From a virus (lineage: Duplodnaviria; Caudoviricetes): 64,000 nucleotides of DNA. The stretch covers positions 6,167 through 70,166 of IMG/VR virus record IMGVR_UViG_3300038393_003049; one strand, written 5' to 3'. Below, one piece after another: positions 8,798-18,003 of the stretch. The notes under the pieces were generated by a model that ran no database searches, was not told where the DNA came from, and saw only the letters and a program-made list of their open reading frames with translations. The stretch's first letter is position 1, and each line of letters begins with the position of its first letter. Position numbers and translations under genes: made by a program.

Positions 8798-11167
8798 GTG
8801 GCGACGAAGGCGATTCCCCCGCAGACGGCGGTCGATGAGCCGACCAGCGGGACGCCAGTGACGTTGGAGCACAAGTCGGTTGCCGCCGCAGGAGTCGGGT
8901 CGGGAGCGATCCCGACCTCCGATCCGTACGAATTCGACATCATCGCCTCGGTCACCGGAGTCAAGGATCTGGTCGACGACGTGGTGGTACCCGGCGCCTA
9001 CGCCGCGACACTCGCCCGGCGCACGCCAAAGGTGATCAAGGATCACGACTGGAAGCAGCGCCTGGGCAAGGTGCTGACGATCAAGGAGCTGATGCCCGGC
9101 GACGCGGCGTTGCCCGTCCGGACGCCACGAGGCGACCCGTGGCCGGCCGGGGCTGGCGCGCTGATGGCCAAGGTCCGACTGTTCCAGTCGCAGGCCGGGC
9201 GCGATGCGGCTGAACGGTGGCGCGAGTACGGGCCGGAGCAGGAGTTCAGCGTCGGCTACGCAGCCAAGCGGGCGCGCCAGGAGACCAAGAGCGGGGCGCG
9301 GTACCTGCTTGAGATGGACCTGTACGAGATCTCGGACGTGCTGTTCGGCGCGATGCCGCTGGCCGGCGCGCTGCCGGAGCCGCTGTCGACGAAGGTGCTG
9401 ACCGGCGCGCAGGCCGACGCCACCGACGCAGAGGATGACGAGCCGGCGGCGAAGCCGAAAGCCGACCTGCCACAGATCACCTCCCCGACCGCCCTGCGCG
9501 CGGCCATCGCCCAATGCGAGAAGACCCCGTCGCCGGAGCTGAAGGCGCACATCGTTGCGCGGGCGAAGGCGATGAGTCTGTCGTTCATGGTGCCGAAGGG
9601 ATGGAGCAAACCCGCAGGCGAGGGCAAGGACGTCTCCGACGCCGCCGACGAGACCAAGGCGGGTGGCGCCTCGAACCGGCCGTGGTCGGACTTCTCGGCC
9701 GCCGACTACTCCCCCGAGCAGTGGCGGCGGGCCTGCCTGATCGACACCGGGCAGGGCGACCCCGGGTCCAAGGACCGGTACAAGCTGCCGGTCCGGGAGC
9801 CGTCGGGCACGCTCAACCGCAACGGGGTGCACGCGGCGGCTTCCGCGCTGGCCGGCGGGCGGGGTGGCGTGCAGGCCGACCCCGGGCAGAAGCGCAAAGC
9901 CGCGCGGGCGCTCGTCCGGTTCTACGGCACGCTCGGTGAGGACCCGCCGGAGTCGCTGACCTCGCTGGCCGGCCAGGGCAAGGACGACTCGTCCACATCT
10001 GTGGACGACGTTGTGGAAGGCCTGCTGGACGTCGAGCTGGAGTCGGCCGCGTTCGACATCGAGCCGCAGCTCGGCGAGCCCGGGGAGCTGGAGTCGAAGT
10101 GGGTGGCCGCCCTCGGCGCGATGCCGCCGGAGGTCTTCGGACTGGAGGGGAAGTACGACACGTCCCCGGTTGGTGAGCCGGGTGGGCGGCAGAACTGGGC
10201 AGATCGGGCAGGGGGCCTCCCACCGTTCCTCCGCGCGGTCGCCCATGCGCTGATCCGCGAGCGGGGCAAGTCCGAGGGCAACGCCATCCAGATCGCGATC
10301 GGCCGGATCAAGCGGTGGGCCGCGGGCGAGGGCAACGTCACGGCGAAGACCCGGGCCAAGGCGGCGGCCGTCGTAGCCTGGTGGGAGGCGCACACCGGGG
10401 CGCACAAGGGCCTCGACGGCCACGACGGCCCCGCGGCGGAGTGGGATCCGAGCATCGAGGTCGGACCGGACGCCGGACACCTGGCCCCGGCGGGCCGCCA
10501 GGAGATCCAGCTCGACACGAAGCAGATCCCGTACGTCGCCGGCTCCTGGGAGGAGCGGCGCAATCTGCTGGACGAGGCGGTGCGGCGGTTCTTCCTCGGC
10601 GACAACGACGGCAGGGACCAGCCCGACGACGTACCCCGGCGCTACGTGTGTATCGACGCCACGTTCGACGACTGGCTGGTTGCCAGCCTGTACTCCGGCA
10701 ACGGCGGGCCGGGGGAGTCCTACCGACTGGACTACGAGATCGCCGACGGGCTGGTCATGCTCGGCGACCCGACGCCGGCCAAGCTGGCGGTGACCGTCGC
10801 CCCTGACGATGACGACGGCTCCGGGTCCGGCGTCGACTACGGCACGGCGATGACGATGGCCGGCATGGACTCGGCGATGGCCGGCGCGAAGCTGATCGCC
10901 GCCAGCTTCGAAGGCAAGGCCGGCCGGGTGCTGTCCGGCACGAACATGACGCGCATCGCCTCGGCGGTCGAAGCGCTGGTCGCGGTATTGCGGTCAGCCG
11001 GGGTGCCGCTGGATGCCGACGGCGAACAGACCGAGCCGACCGAGCCCGCGGAACGGGTCGAGACCCCGGGCGACACGACGTCGCCGATGCAGGCCAAGGA
11101 GATGCCCTCGCCGGCCAGTCTGGTGGCCGCCGCGATGCGGCTGCGGGCCGCCTCCGCGGGGCTGTAG
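8798..11167 (+). CDS. HK97-type prohead protease fused to several accessory domains
   Basis: GTG after GAGGAGG; SVTGVKDLVDDVVVPGAY...KDHDW...EFSVGY...LYEISDVLFGAMP; directly upstream of the capsid gene. Confidence 0.85.
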   Translation: MATKAIPPQTAVDEPTSGTPVTLEHKSVAAAGVGSGAIPTSDPYEFDIIASVTGVKDLVDDVVVPGAYAATLARRTPKVIKDHDWKQRLGKVLTIKELMPGDAALPVRTPRGDPWPAGAGALMAKVRLFQSQAGRDAAERWREYGPEQEFSVGYAAKRARQETKSGARYLLEMDLYEISDVLFGAMPLAGALPEPLSTKVLTGAQADATDAEDDEPAAKPKADLPQITSPTALRAAIAQCEKTPSPELKAHIVARAKAMSLSFMVPKGWSKPAGEGKDVSDAADETKAGGASNRPWSDFSAADYSPEQWRRACLIDTGQGDPGSKDRYKLPVREPSGTLNRNGVHAAASALAGGRGGVQADPGQKRKAARALVRFYGTLGEDPPESLTSLAGQGKDDSSTSVDDVVEGLLDVELESAAFDIEPQLGEPGELESKWVAALGAMPPEVFGLEGKYDTSPVGEPGGRQNWADRAGGLPPFLRAVAHALIRERGKSEGNAIQIAIGRIKRWAAGEGNVTAKTRAKAAAVVAWWEAHTGAHKGLDGHDGPAAEWDPSIEVGPDAGHLAPAGRQEIQLDTKQIPYVAGSWEERRNLLDEAVRRFFLGDNDGRDQPDDVPRRYVCIDATFDDWLVASLYSGNGGPGESYRLDYEIADGLVMLGDPTPAKLAVTVAPDDDDGSGSGVDYGTAMTMAGMDSAMAGAKLIAASFEGKAGRVLSGTNMTRIASAVEALVAVLRSAGVPLDADGEQTEPTEPAERVETPGDTTSPMQAKEMPSPASLVAAAMRLRAASAGL

Positions 11168-11296
11168 TCGTCAACGGGACGCTAACTGCCGGCCACGGCT
11201 ACTCTGCCGCCCGGACGTCGTCCCGGTGCTGACCAGGCGAATCCATCCGCAAGTGCCGCGCGCCCGACTAGGGCGCCGAGTCGATGGAGCACGCCC

Positions 11297-12667
11297 GTGA
11301 CCGCACCGACTGTCGACAGGATGCGCGTGAAGGAACTGCGCGTCGCTGCCGAGACCAAGGCCGCCGAGCTGGAGCAGCTCGCCGCCGCGTGGAAGATCGA
11401 GGACGGCGGCCAGTTCGTCGTCACCACGGAGATGAAGGACGCCTACCTCAAGGCCTCGGAGGAGGCCAAGGAGATCGGCCAGTTGCTGGAGGCCGCCGAA
11501 GCCGGCGGCACGCTGCGTCGGTTCCTCGACCAGCCGGAGGGCACGCCGGCCGCCGCCGAGGACGCGGCCGCGCGACAGGCTGGTGCGCACCTCCAGGTCA
11601 AGACGCTGGCGCAGGCGTTCCTCGAATCCGCGGAGTTCAAGGCCGCGAAGGAGTCCGACGCCTGGCGCTCGCCGACGTTCGGCATCCAGGTCAAGTACAA
11701 CGGCGGCCTGTTCGGCGCCGACTACGGCGCCAAGGACGTCTACGGCGGCGGCTACCCCGGCCAGGTCGGCAGCACGATCACGCTGCCGGCACTCGGGCGG
11801 GTGGAGACCCGGCCGATCATCGAGATCAAGCGCCGGCAGTCGCACGTGCGGGACCTGTTCCCCAGCGCGCAGACGACGGCCGCGCTGATCTACGGGGTGC
11901 GCGAGACCGGCTGGACCAACAACGCCGCCCAGGTCTCCCAGCGCACGGCCGCCGACGGGACCTCCGCGCCGACGGGCGCGACCACGGACGTCTTCGGCAT
12001 CAAGCCCAAGTCGGACATCCAGCTCGAACCGTACACCATCCCGATCGCCACGATCGCGCACCTGCTCGACGCGCACCGCAACATCCTGGCGGACGAGCCC
12101 CGGCTGCAGGACTTCATCGACCGCCGGCTGCGCGAGGGCATCATGTTCGCCGAGGACGTGGCCCTGCTGTGGAGCACGGGCGGCGCCGAGCGGATCACCG
12201 GCATCTACGCCACCGACGGCATCCAGGTCTACCCCGCGCCGGGCGTCACCACGACCACCGACAAGCGCTCCGTCCAGCTCCGGCGGGCGGCCACCCGCGT
12301 CATGCTCGCCGAGTACGAGCCCACGGGCGTCGTGCTGCACCCGCTGGACTGGGAGGCGATCGAGACCGAGACCGACACCACGGGCGCGCTGTTCGTGGCC
12401 GTCTCCGTCGCCGTGGGCGCGGAGAAGCGGGTCTGGCGGATGTCCGTCGTCGACACCTCCGCGCAGCAGGAGGGCCGGTACCTGATGGGGGCCTTCGGCA
12501 CCGCCGCCCAGTTCTACGACCGCGAACAGGTACAAGTGGCAGTAAGCACGGAGAATCGGGACAACTGGGAGCGCAATATCGTGACATTTCGGGCAGAAGA
12601 AAGGGGCGCCTTGGTAGTCGACCGTCCCGAGTCGTTCGTGAGCGGGACGTTCCTCACTCCATCCTGA
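11297..12667 (+). CDS. Major capsid protein (HK97 fold)
   Basis: Coiled-coil delta-like N-terminus, TIAHLL...ILAD..RLQDFID..L, G+TGI, VLHPLDW, RN+VTFRAEER motifs. Confidence 0.9.
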   Translation: MTAPTVDRMRVKELRVAAETKAAELEQLAAAWKIEDGGQFVVTTEMKDAYLKASEEAKEIGQLLEAAEAGGTLRRFLDQPEGTPAAAEDAAARQAGAHLQVKTLAQAFLESAEFKAAKESDAWRSPTFGIQVKYNGGLFGADYGAKDVYGGGYPGQVGSTITLPALGRVETRPIIEIKRRQSHVRDLFPSAQTTAALIYGVRETGWTNNAAQVSQRTAADGTSAPTGATTDVFGIKPKSDIQLEPYTIPIATIAHLLDAHRNILADEPRLQDFIDRRLREGIMFAEDVALLWSTGGAERITGIYATDGIQVYPAPGVTTTTDKRSVQLRRAATRVMLAEYEPTGVVLHPLDWEAIETETDTTGALFVAVSVAVGAEKRVWRMSVVDTSAQQEGRYLMGAFGTAAQFYDREQVQVAVSTENRDNWERNIVTFRAEERGALVVDRPESFVSGTFLTPS

Positions 12668-12719
12668 TGCCCACATCGCCCGTTCTCTGTTAGACTGAGG
12701 GCATAGGCAGCAGCAAGAA

Positions 12720-12752
12720 GCCCCGAGGACGAATCCGATTCGTCCTCGGGGC
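12720..12752 (+). terminator. 15-bp perfect hairpin after the capsid gene
   Basis: GCCCCGAGGACGAAT-CCG-ATTCGTCCTCGGGGC; no U-tract. Confidence 0.55.
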
Positions 12753-12782
12753 GCTGCGGCTCCTTCGAGAGAGGACCCGCTA

Positions 12783-13730
12783 GTGAAGACTACCGCCACA
12801 TGCTCGACCGACAACTGCGACAAGACGGTGCTGGCGCGCAAGCTGTGCCGCCACCACTACATGAAGCTGTACCGTACCGGCCAGATCGAAGTGACGCCCA
12901 AGGCCAGGCGCGCCCCTGTGTGCCAAGTCGCTGAATGCAACCAACCGCACAAGTCCCAGGGGTATTGCGCACCGCACTACCGTCGTTGGCTCCGCAATGG
13001 CGACCCAGGACCACTGGAAATCCAGGAGCAGTTCTCAACCGAGGGATCATGCGAAGGTCCGGAGTGCGATAGACCGATCTTGGCTCGGCGCCTCTGCGAT
13101 ACGCACTACGCGCAACGGAAGCTCGGTAAGGCGCTGACCCCCATCTTCAAGGGACAGTCTCCACTAGGGCCGTGCTCGGTGGCCGGATGCACCAACCAGA
13201 ACAACCGGACCAGCGGCCTCTGCTGCGGCCATTACCGCCGCAAGCAGGACGGCGAGGCCGACTGGGACCGCCCCATCCAGCGCAGGGCTCCCGACGGCTC
13301 CGGATGGACCAATGACAAGGGGTACCGCGTCATCACCGTTGACGGTCGCCAGCGGCTGGAACACCGGGTCTTGGCCGCTGAGCTGCTCGGCCGCGGACTG
13401 CTGCCAACCGAAGAAATTCACCACAAGAACGGCAATCGCTCGGACAATAGGACAGATGGGGAATTTCGGCTGGACGCAGAAGGTCGTCTGATCTCCGGGA
13501 ACCTCAACCTCTGGTCGACGACCCAACCGCGCGGCCAGGAGATCGGCCCGAAGCTGGACTGGGTGGCCGAGATGATCGAGACGTACGGCGGAGCGTGGCT
13601 TCCGACCCTGGAAGCGCATCCGCGCAAGGGGGCGCTCGTGGACTTCGCCCGCCAGCTCCTGGCCACCTACGGCACCGATGCCGAACCCGCCCCGCCGGCC
13701 CCGCGCCAGCCGGAGAACCTGCCGACCTAA
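12783..13730 (+). CDS. HNH homing endonuclease with N-terminal CxxxxC..LCxxHY zinc-finger repeats
   Basis: Four Cys/His repeats; EHR...EEIHHKNGNRSDNR. Confidence 0.85.
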   Translation: MKTTATCSTDNCDKTVLARKLCRHHYMKLYRTGQIEVTPKARRAPVCQVAECNQPHKSQGYCAPHYRRWLRNGDPGPLEIQEQFSTEGSCEGPECDRPILARRLCDTHYAQRKLGKALTPIFKGQSPLGPCSVAGCTNQNNRTSGLCCGHYRRKQDGEADWDRPIQRRAPDGSGWTNDKGYRVITVDGRQRLEHRVLAAELLGRGLLPTEEIHHKNGNRSDNRTDGEFRLDAEGRLISGNLNLWSTTQPRGQEIGPKLDWVAEMIETYGGAWLPTLEAHPRKGALVDFARQLLATYGTDAEPAPPAPRQPENLPT

Positions 13731-13921
13731 CCGCGTTCGATCGACACCTCGATCGTCTTGCGGCCGGGCGTGCAGACCACGTCCAGCCTGACCTCGGCGC
13801 CGGTCGCGCGGCCCTGGTCCAGCAGTTCCCGGACCATCCCGAGGATGGCGGCGACGTCCTCCTCGGAGATCAGATGCAGGCGTGCGTCGACCACATGCAG
13901 GTCGGACTTGGCGATCTCCAC
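13727..13921 (-). CDS. Small hypothetical protein
   Basis: 64-aa ORF convergent on the HNH gene. Confidence 0.35.
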   Translation of the reverse strand: MEIAKSDLHVVDARLHLISEEDVAAILGMVRELLDQGRATGAEVRLDVVCTPGRKTIEVSIERG

Positions 13922-14022
13922 GCGGACACCCTAACGGGCCTCAGACGGCCTCGGCGGCACGGGATGGGCGACGTTACCGGGCGGGCGCGGTTAGCCTGCC
14001 CACGACCGAGCTAGGGGGCGGC

Positions 14023-14457
14023 GTGGCACAGGCACGGGCCAGGACGGCACAGCTTCCGGCGGAGAGCACGGGGGAGCCCGCGGGCACGGCCCAGGCCTTG
14101 GTCGCGTCGGCGATCGAAGCAGCACGGTCAACGAGGAGCACCGGGCAGGCAGGGCAGGCTTCTCCGTCCCCGGCGCCTGCCCTGCCGCCGGAGCCCGACC
14201 CGGACGCGGATTCCGAGTTGCCCGTCGGGCCGCCGGTCTCCGACCAGCCCGGGATCCTGGTGTACGGCAACGGCGCCCCGGTGGACCTGGAGTCGCTGTG
14301 GCAGGAGAAGTCCCCGGCCGGGGTGATCGTGGTGGCCCGGCACTCCGTCTTCCGGTACCAGCGACTGCCGGGCACCCGCGAGGTGACGGCCGTCCAGGTG
14401 GTTGCCGCCGGCACCGAGACGACGAAGGACGCGGCGCTGCGACTGCTGCGGCGGTGA
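14023..14457 (+). CDS. Hypothetical protein (head region)
   Basis: GTG after AGGGGG; Pro/Ala-rich linker followed by a compact domain. Confidence 0.5.
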   Translation: MAQARARTAQLPAESTGEPAGTAQALVASAIEAARSTRSTGQAGQASPSPAPALPPEPDPDADSELPVGPPVSDQPGILVYGNGAPVDLESLWQEKSPAGVIVVARHSVFRYQRLPGTREVTAVQVVAAGTETTKDAALRLLRR

Positions 14458-14554
14458 TCCGGTTGTACGTCGCTCCGCTTCTATGTGCGCCGGACCCCGG
14501 AATCCCCCACGGTCGGGGCACAATTTCCTGTGATGCTGGTCACAGGGGTCGACA

Positions 14555-15160
14555 GTGACAGCCGGCGACCCGGTGCTCATAGTCGCGGTGGACAACGTGG
14601 CCCGCCGGCTGGGCCTGGAGCTGCCGCTGTCGACGGACAACGAGTGGCTGGTCACTCAGGCGATCATTGACGCCCAGGCCGCGGTGGAGGGCTACCTGGG
14701 CCGCGGGCTGACGCCGGCCACCTACACCGAGACCGGGCTCTGGCCGCCCGCCGACGGGGCGAGTTGGTGCCTGACCAACGGCCCGGTTGTGTCGATCGTC
14801 TCGGCGACGGTCGACGTCGATACCGGCGGCCACCCGACCGGCATCTACACCGTGGTCTACACGGCAGGGATCGACGCGGCCAACGACCCGGCCCTGCTGC
14901 CGATCCGGCAGTACGTCACGGCGGCGGCCGTGAACTCCCCCGTGGTGCTCAATCTGTGGCGGGCCGACCAGCCGAACCAGGGCCGCACGATCCGCAACCT
15001 ATCCACCGAAGGCCAGTCGGTGGGGTACGCGGACGCGACGCCGCTGGGAGTGGCCAAGGCCGGCGAGCCCGGGTCGCTGCCGAACATCGCGACGCTGGAC
15101 CGGTGGAAGCTGGCCGGCCGGCGGGTGTTCCAGCGGCAAGGCGGATGGGGGTGGCCGTAG
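14555..15160 (+). CDS. Head-to-tail adaptor (gp6/SPP1 gp15-like)
   Basis: Position after the capsid gene; AIIDAQAAVEGYLGR, VVYTAG, STEGQSVGY pattern. Confidence 0.7.
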   Translation: MTAGDPVLIVAVDNVARRLGLELPLSTDNEWLVTQAIIDAQAAVEGYLGRGLTPATYTETGLWPPADGASWCLTNGPVVSIVSATVDVDTGGHPTGIYTVVYTAGIDAANDPALLPIRQYVTAAAVNSPVVLNLWRADQPNQGRTIRNLSTEGQSVGYADATPLGVAKAGEPGSLPNIATLDRWKLAGRRVFQRQGGWGWP

Positions 15161-15244
15161 CAGACAATGGTGCCGAGCAGGGCACGGGGAAGACTCCTGC
15201 TCGGCTTGCCTAGCCTAACAGGCACAACCGGGGCCGGCGGTCGA

Positions 15245-15472
15245 TCAGGCGACTTCGCCGGCCAGACGGCGGGAGAACGTCACTCCCAGGGGCTCGGTCC
15301 ACGCTGGGGGCTGCATGCCGGCGAGGATCAGGAGCTGGCAGATCAGCGGGTCGGCGCACCTGATCGAAAGGATCCCGGTGCTGTCGTCCCACACGAGCGA
15401 GCGGCCCAGCTTGCCCCGTCGGCCGCACGACCGACAGCAGTCCCGCTCGATCACCGTGCTTCGGTGCCTCAT
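15245..15472 (-). CDS. Hypothetical protein
   Basis: 75-aa ORF at the distal end of the leftward operon. Confidence 0.4.
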   Translation of the reverse strand: MRHRSTVIERDCCRSCGRRGKLGRSLVWDDSTGILSIRCADPLICQLLILAGMQPPAWTEPLGVTFSRRLAGEVA

Positions 15473-15988
15473 TCGCTACTCCCCGTGGTCAGTCGCCAGC
15501 GGAACCGGAGTTGGGCCAACCAGGCCCGCAAGCCGGCCCGCCGGCCGCAGAACCCGCAGCGACTCACTGGCGGTCGGAGAACACGACCTGCGGCACTCCG
15601 GACTTCGATGCCGGCGGCCGGATCGATGGTGGTTCCGGCTGACGCGGTCGCGGGGCCGCCGGACGCACGGCGACCGCGTCAGGGTCGGACCATCCTGGGC
15701 AACTGCAGCCGGTCACCATGCAGGCCCCGCGGTGTGGATGGAAGCTGGCCATGTGATTGCACGGCCTGGCCCCCAACGAGGTCGCGCAGCGAGGTCGTGG
15801 CTTGGCCGGCGGTCGAGCAGATGGCGGCAACCCTGGCTCCTTGGTGTCGTGGCGAGAATTCTCCCGGTCGCCGGCCCCGCCGCCGGCTGCGGTCTGAGAT
15901 CGTCCTGCCAGGATCCGAGCCTCCGAGGGGCAACCGGCGGCGGGTGCGGGCAATGCTAGGCGCCCACTCCGACACCGGTCAACGGACG

Positions 15989-16678
15989 TCACTTGGCCAG
16001 AACGTCCTTGAGTCGCTGAGAAAGCAGCTCCATCGATCGGACCACGGCGTCGGCGCGCTCGGAAAGCCAGGAGACGAACAGCGCGAAGTACCGGTCCTCG
16101 GCGGCATTGACGTTCGCGTGCGCATTGCGCGCATCCACCGTCGACTTGCCGTCTCCGTAGTTGTTGAAATGCCAGGCAAACCATTCGGTGAAAACGCCCT
16201 TGGCGAACCGCGCATCCGACTTGAAATCCGCGGCCCGCCGCGTCCAGTCGAACAGCCCGAGGGTGACGACGAACATGAGGTTCTCGCGTTCGCCGGGCGC
16301 GAGCCGGAGCCAGTCCTCCTCGTAGGCGCCGCCCGGCAGCCGGCGCCAGACCTTGTTCCCCGTCGCATCGAGGATCGGTGCGCCGGCCGCGTCCAGCTCC
16401 TCGGTGCGGACGGCGCACCGGATCTGGTCGACGATCAGGAATGCGTCGGCGAAGGCGTCCATGATCAGCTCGTTGACCTTGCGGTGCATCGCCTGCCGCA
16501 CCTCGGCGTCGGCCGGCCGCCACTCCAGCCGCATCCGGGAGTGGCCGGCCCGTCGGCCGAACGCCGTGGTCCGCTCCTCGGGCAGCACCGCGTCGTCGAA
16601 CGGCTCGGTCATCGCCTCGGCCTGCAGCTCGGCCTCTTCGTCGGCCGCCGTCTTGCCGGATGCGCGTACGTCAGTCAT
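15989..16678 (-). CDS. Hypothetical helical protein
   Basis: ATGA-coupled to the upstream gene; typical codon bias. Confidence 0.6.
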   Translation of the reverse strand: MTDVRASGKTAADEEAELQAEAMTEPFDDAVLPEERTTAFGRRAGHSRMRLEWRPADAEVRQAMHRKVNELIMDAFADAFLIVDQIRCAVRTEELDAAGAPILDATGNKVWRRLPGGAYEEDWLRLAPGERENLMFVVTLGLFDWTRRAADFKSDARFAKGVFTEWFAWHFNNYGDGKSTVDARNAHANVNAAEDRYFALFVSWLSERADAVVRSMELLSQRLKDVLAK

Positions 16679-17301
16679 GCCGCTCTCCCCAATCGCTCCA
16701 GCCAGGCCAGCCCGACGGCCGCCGCATCCCGCTTGTGTTCGTTGGTCAACAGCTCCCGGCCTTCCAGCCAGTCCAGCTCGTTCAGCGCGGCGCCGACCTG
16801 GCCCTTGGTCACGTTCGTCCGGCGACCGGTGAGCAGCCACTTGGCCGACTGGTTGGCCGGCATCACCGGCACCAGTCCGAGGTCGGCGCAACAGATCCGG
16901 ACCACGGCGCCGGCCAGGATCGCCGACTCCGGGCGCCGCAATCGGCCACCGCCGGTCGGCGGGGCCTCGTGCGCGATCGCCGTCACAGTCGTGGCGTACC
17001 GGTCGAGCACGGCACGGATCTGGGTGCACAGGAGCACGACGTCGGCGAAGGTGTCGGCCCAATTGCCGGCGCCCTCGCCCAGCCGGGTCCGGCACATGCC
17101 GGCGGCGAGCACCTGGCAACGCCGACCGTCGTTGTCGACGACGGCCCACCCGGTGTTGCGCATCGACTGGTCGAACGCGAGCACTGACCCGACTCCCAGC
17201 CGAGCGGCCGTCAACGGCGCCCAGACGGCCTTACGCCGCCCCTTTGGCGGCGCCGGCACCGAGTCATACCCGGGCAGGCGGAAGTCCTCCAGCGCGGTCA
17301 T
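16675..17301 (-). CDS. RuvC-like Holliday junction resolvase
   Basis: VLAFDQSMRNTGWAVV, IAHEAP, DAAAVG acidic triad. Confidence 0.8.
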   Translation of the reverse strand: MTALEDFRLPGYDSVPAPPKGRRKAVWAPLTAARLGVGSVLAFDQSMRNTGWAVVDNDGRRCQVLAAGMCRTRLGEGAGNWADTFADVVLLCTQIRAVLDRYATTVTAIAHEAPPTGGGRLRRPESAILAGAVVRICCADLGLVPVMPANQSAKWLLTGRRTNVTKGQVGAALNELDWLEGRELLTNEHKRDAAAVGLAWLERLGRAA

Positions 17302-17630
17302 GACCGCTCCTCCCGGGCCAACCCTGGCGCCGTCTGGCCGGCCCACTCGGCGACCGGCCGAACGAACAGAGGGGATTCCTGCCGGCGCGAGGGCGGAGCG
17401 ACCTTGCCGAAAGTGATCACGTACAGCCAGAGCCGCCTGAACTGAACAGGGCTCATCACCATCAAGACCAGGACGACCAGCGCCAGTCGGACCGCGCCAG
17501 GCTTCCGGTCACCCCACCCGTACCCCCGGGAACGCCAGGACGCCCAGCCGTGCAGCCGCTTCACCGGTCGAGCGCGGCCGAGCGCGTACCCCACGGTGAG
17601 CGCGACCAATACAGTGACGAGGGAGGTCAC
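17298..17630 (-). CDS. Small membrane protein
   Basis: Two hydrophobic segments; overlap-coupled. Confidence 0.55.
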   Translation of the reverse strand: MTSLVTVLVALTVGYALGRARPVKRLHGWASWRSRGYGWGDRKPGAVRLALVVLVLMVMSPVQFRRLWLYVITFGKVAPPSRRQESPLFVRPVAEWAGQTAPGLAREERS

Positions 17631-17959
17631 TCAGGCACCCCGGCTTCGGGCTCCTGCCGGCGCCACCCGTCCGGGGTCGACCCGGCCTTGATTCGGGCGA
17701 CGACCTCCGGGTCATCAGGCCGATGCGGCGGTGCGTCCGGATCACCCTGGTCGTGCTGCTGGCGCCAGTCCTCGAACGAGAACGCCAGCCGCTTGAGGTC
17801 GGCCACGTACGCCGGGTCCATGCCCAGCCCCTCGGCCGCCAGAGCGTACGCGCGGATGGCGGCCGGCGCCGCCGGGTCGGCCGCGCCCATCACGATGTAA
17901 GGCCAGTCCGGTACTGTGCCGTCCCGCCGCTGCACCAGGTACTTGTCCCACAGCCTCAT
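17627..17959 (-). CDS. Conserved phage hypothetical protein
   Basis: KYLVQRRDG...DPAAPAAIRAYA motif. Confidence 0.6.
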   Translation of the reverse strand: MRLWDKYLVQRRDGTVPDWPYIVMGAADPAAPAAIRAYALAAEGLGMDPAYVADLKRLAFSFEDWRQQHDQGDPDAPPHRPDDPEVVARIKAGSTPDGWRRQEPEAGVPE

Positions 17960-18003
17960 TCCTGCCTCCTGTACGTCTTGGTCGATTCCGGCCTAGCTCG
18001 CGG

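Noticed and set aside
8765-12841. Long minus-strand ORFs (571 aa, 556 aa) and the 469-aa alternative plus frame
   Set aside because: Shadow ORFs of the GC-rich protease and capsid genes; Arg/Gly/Pro-rich with no motifs.
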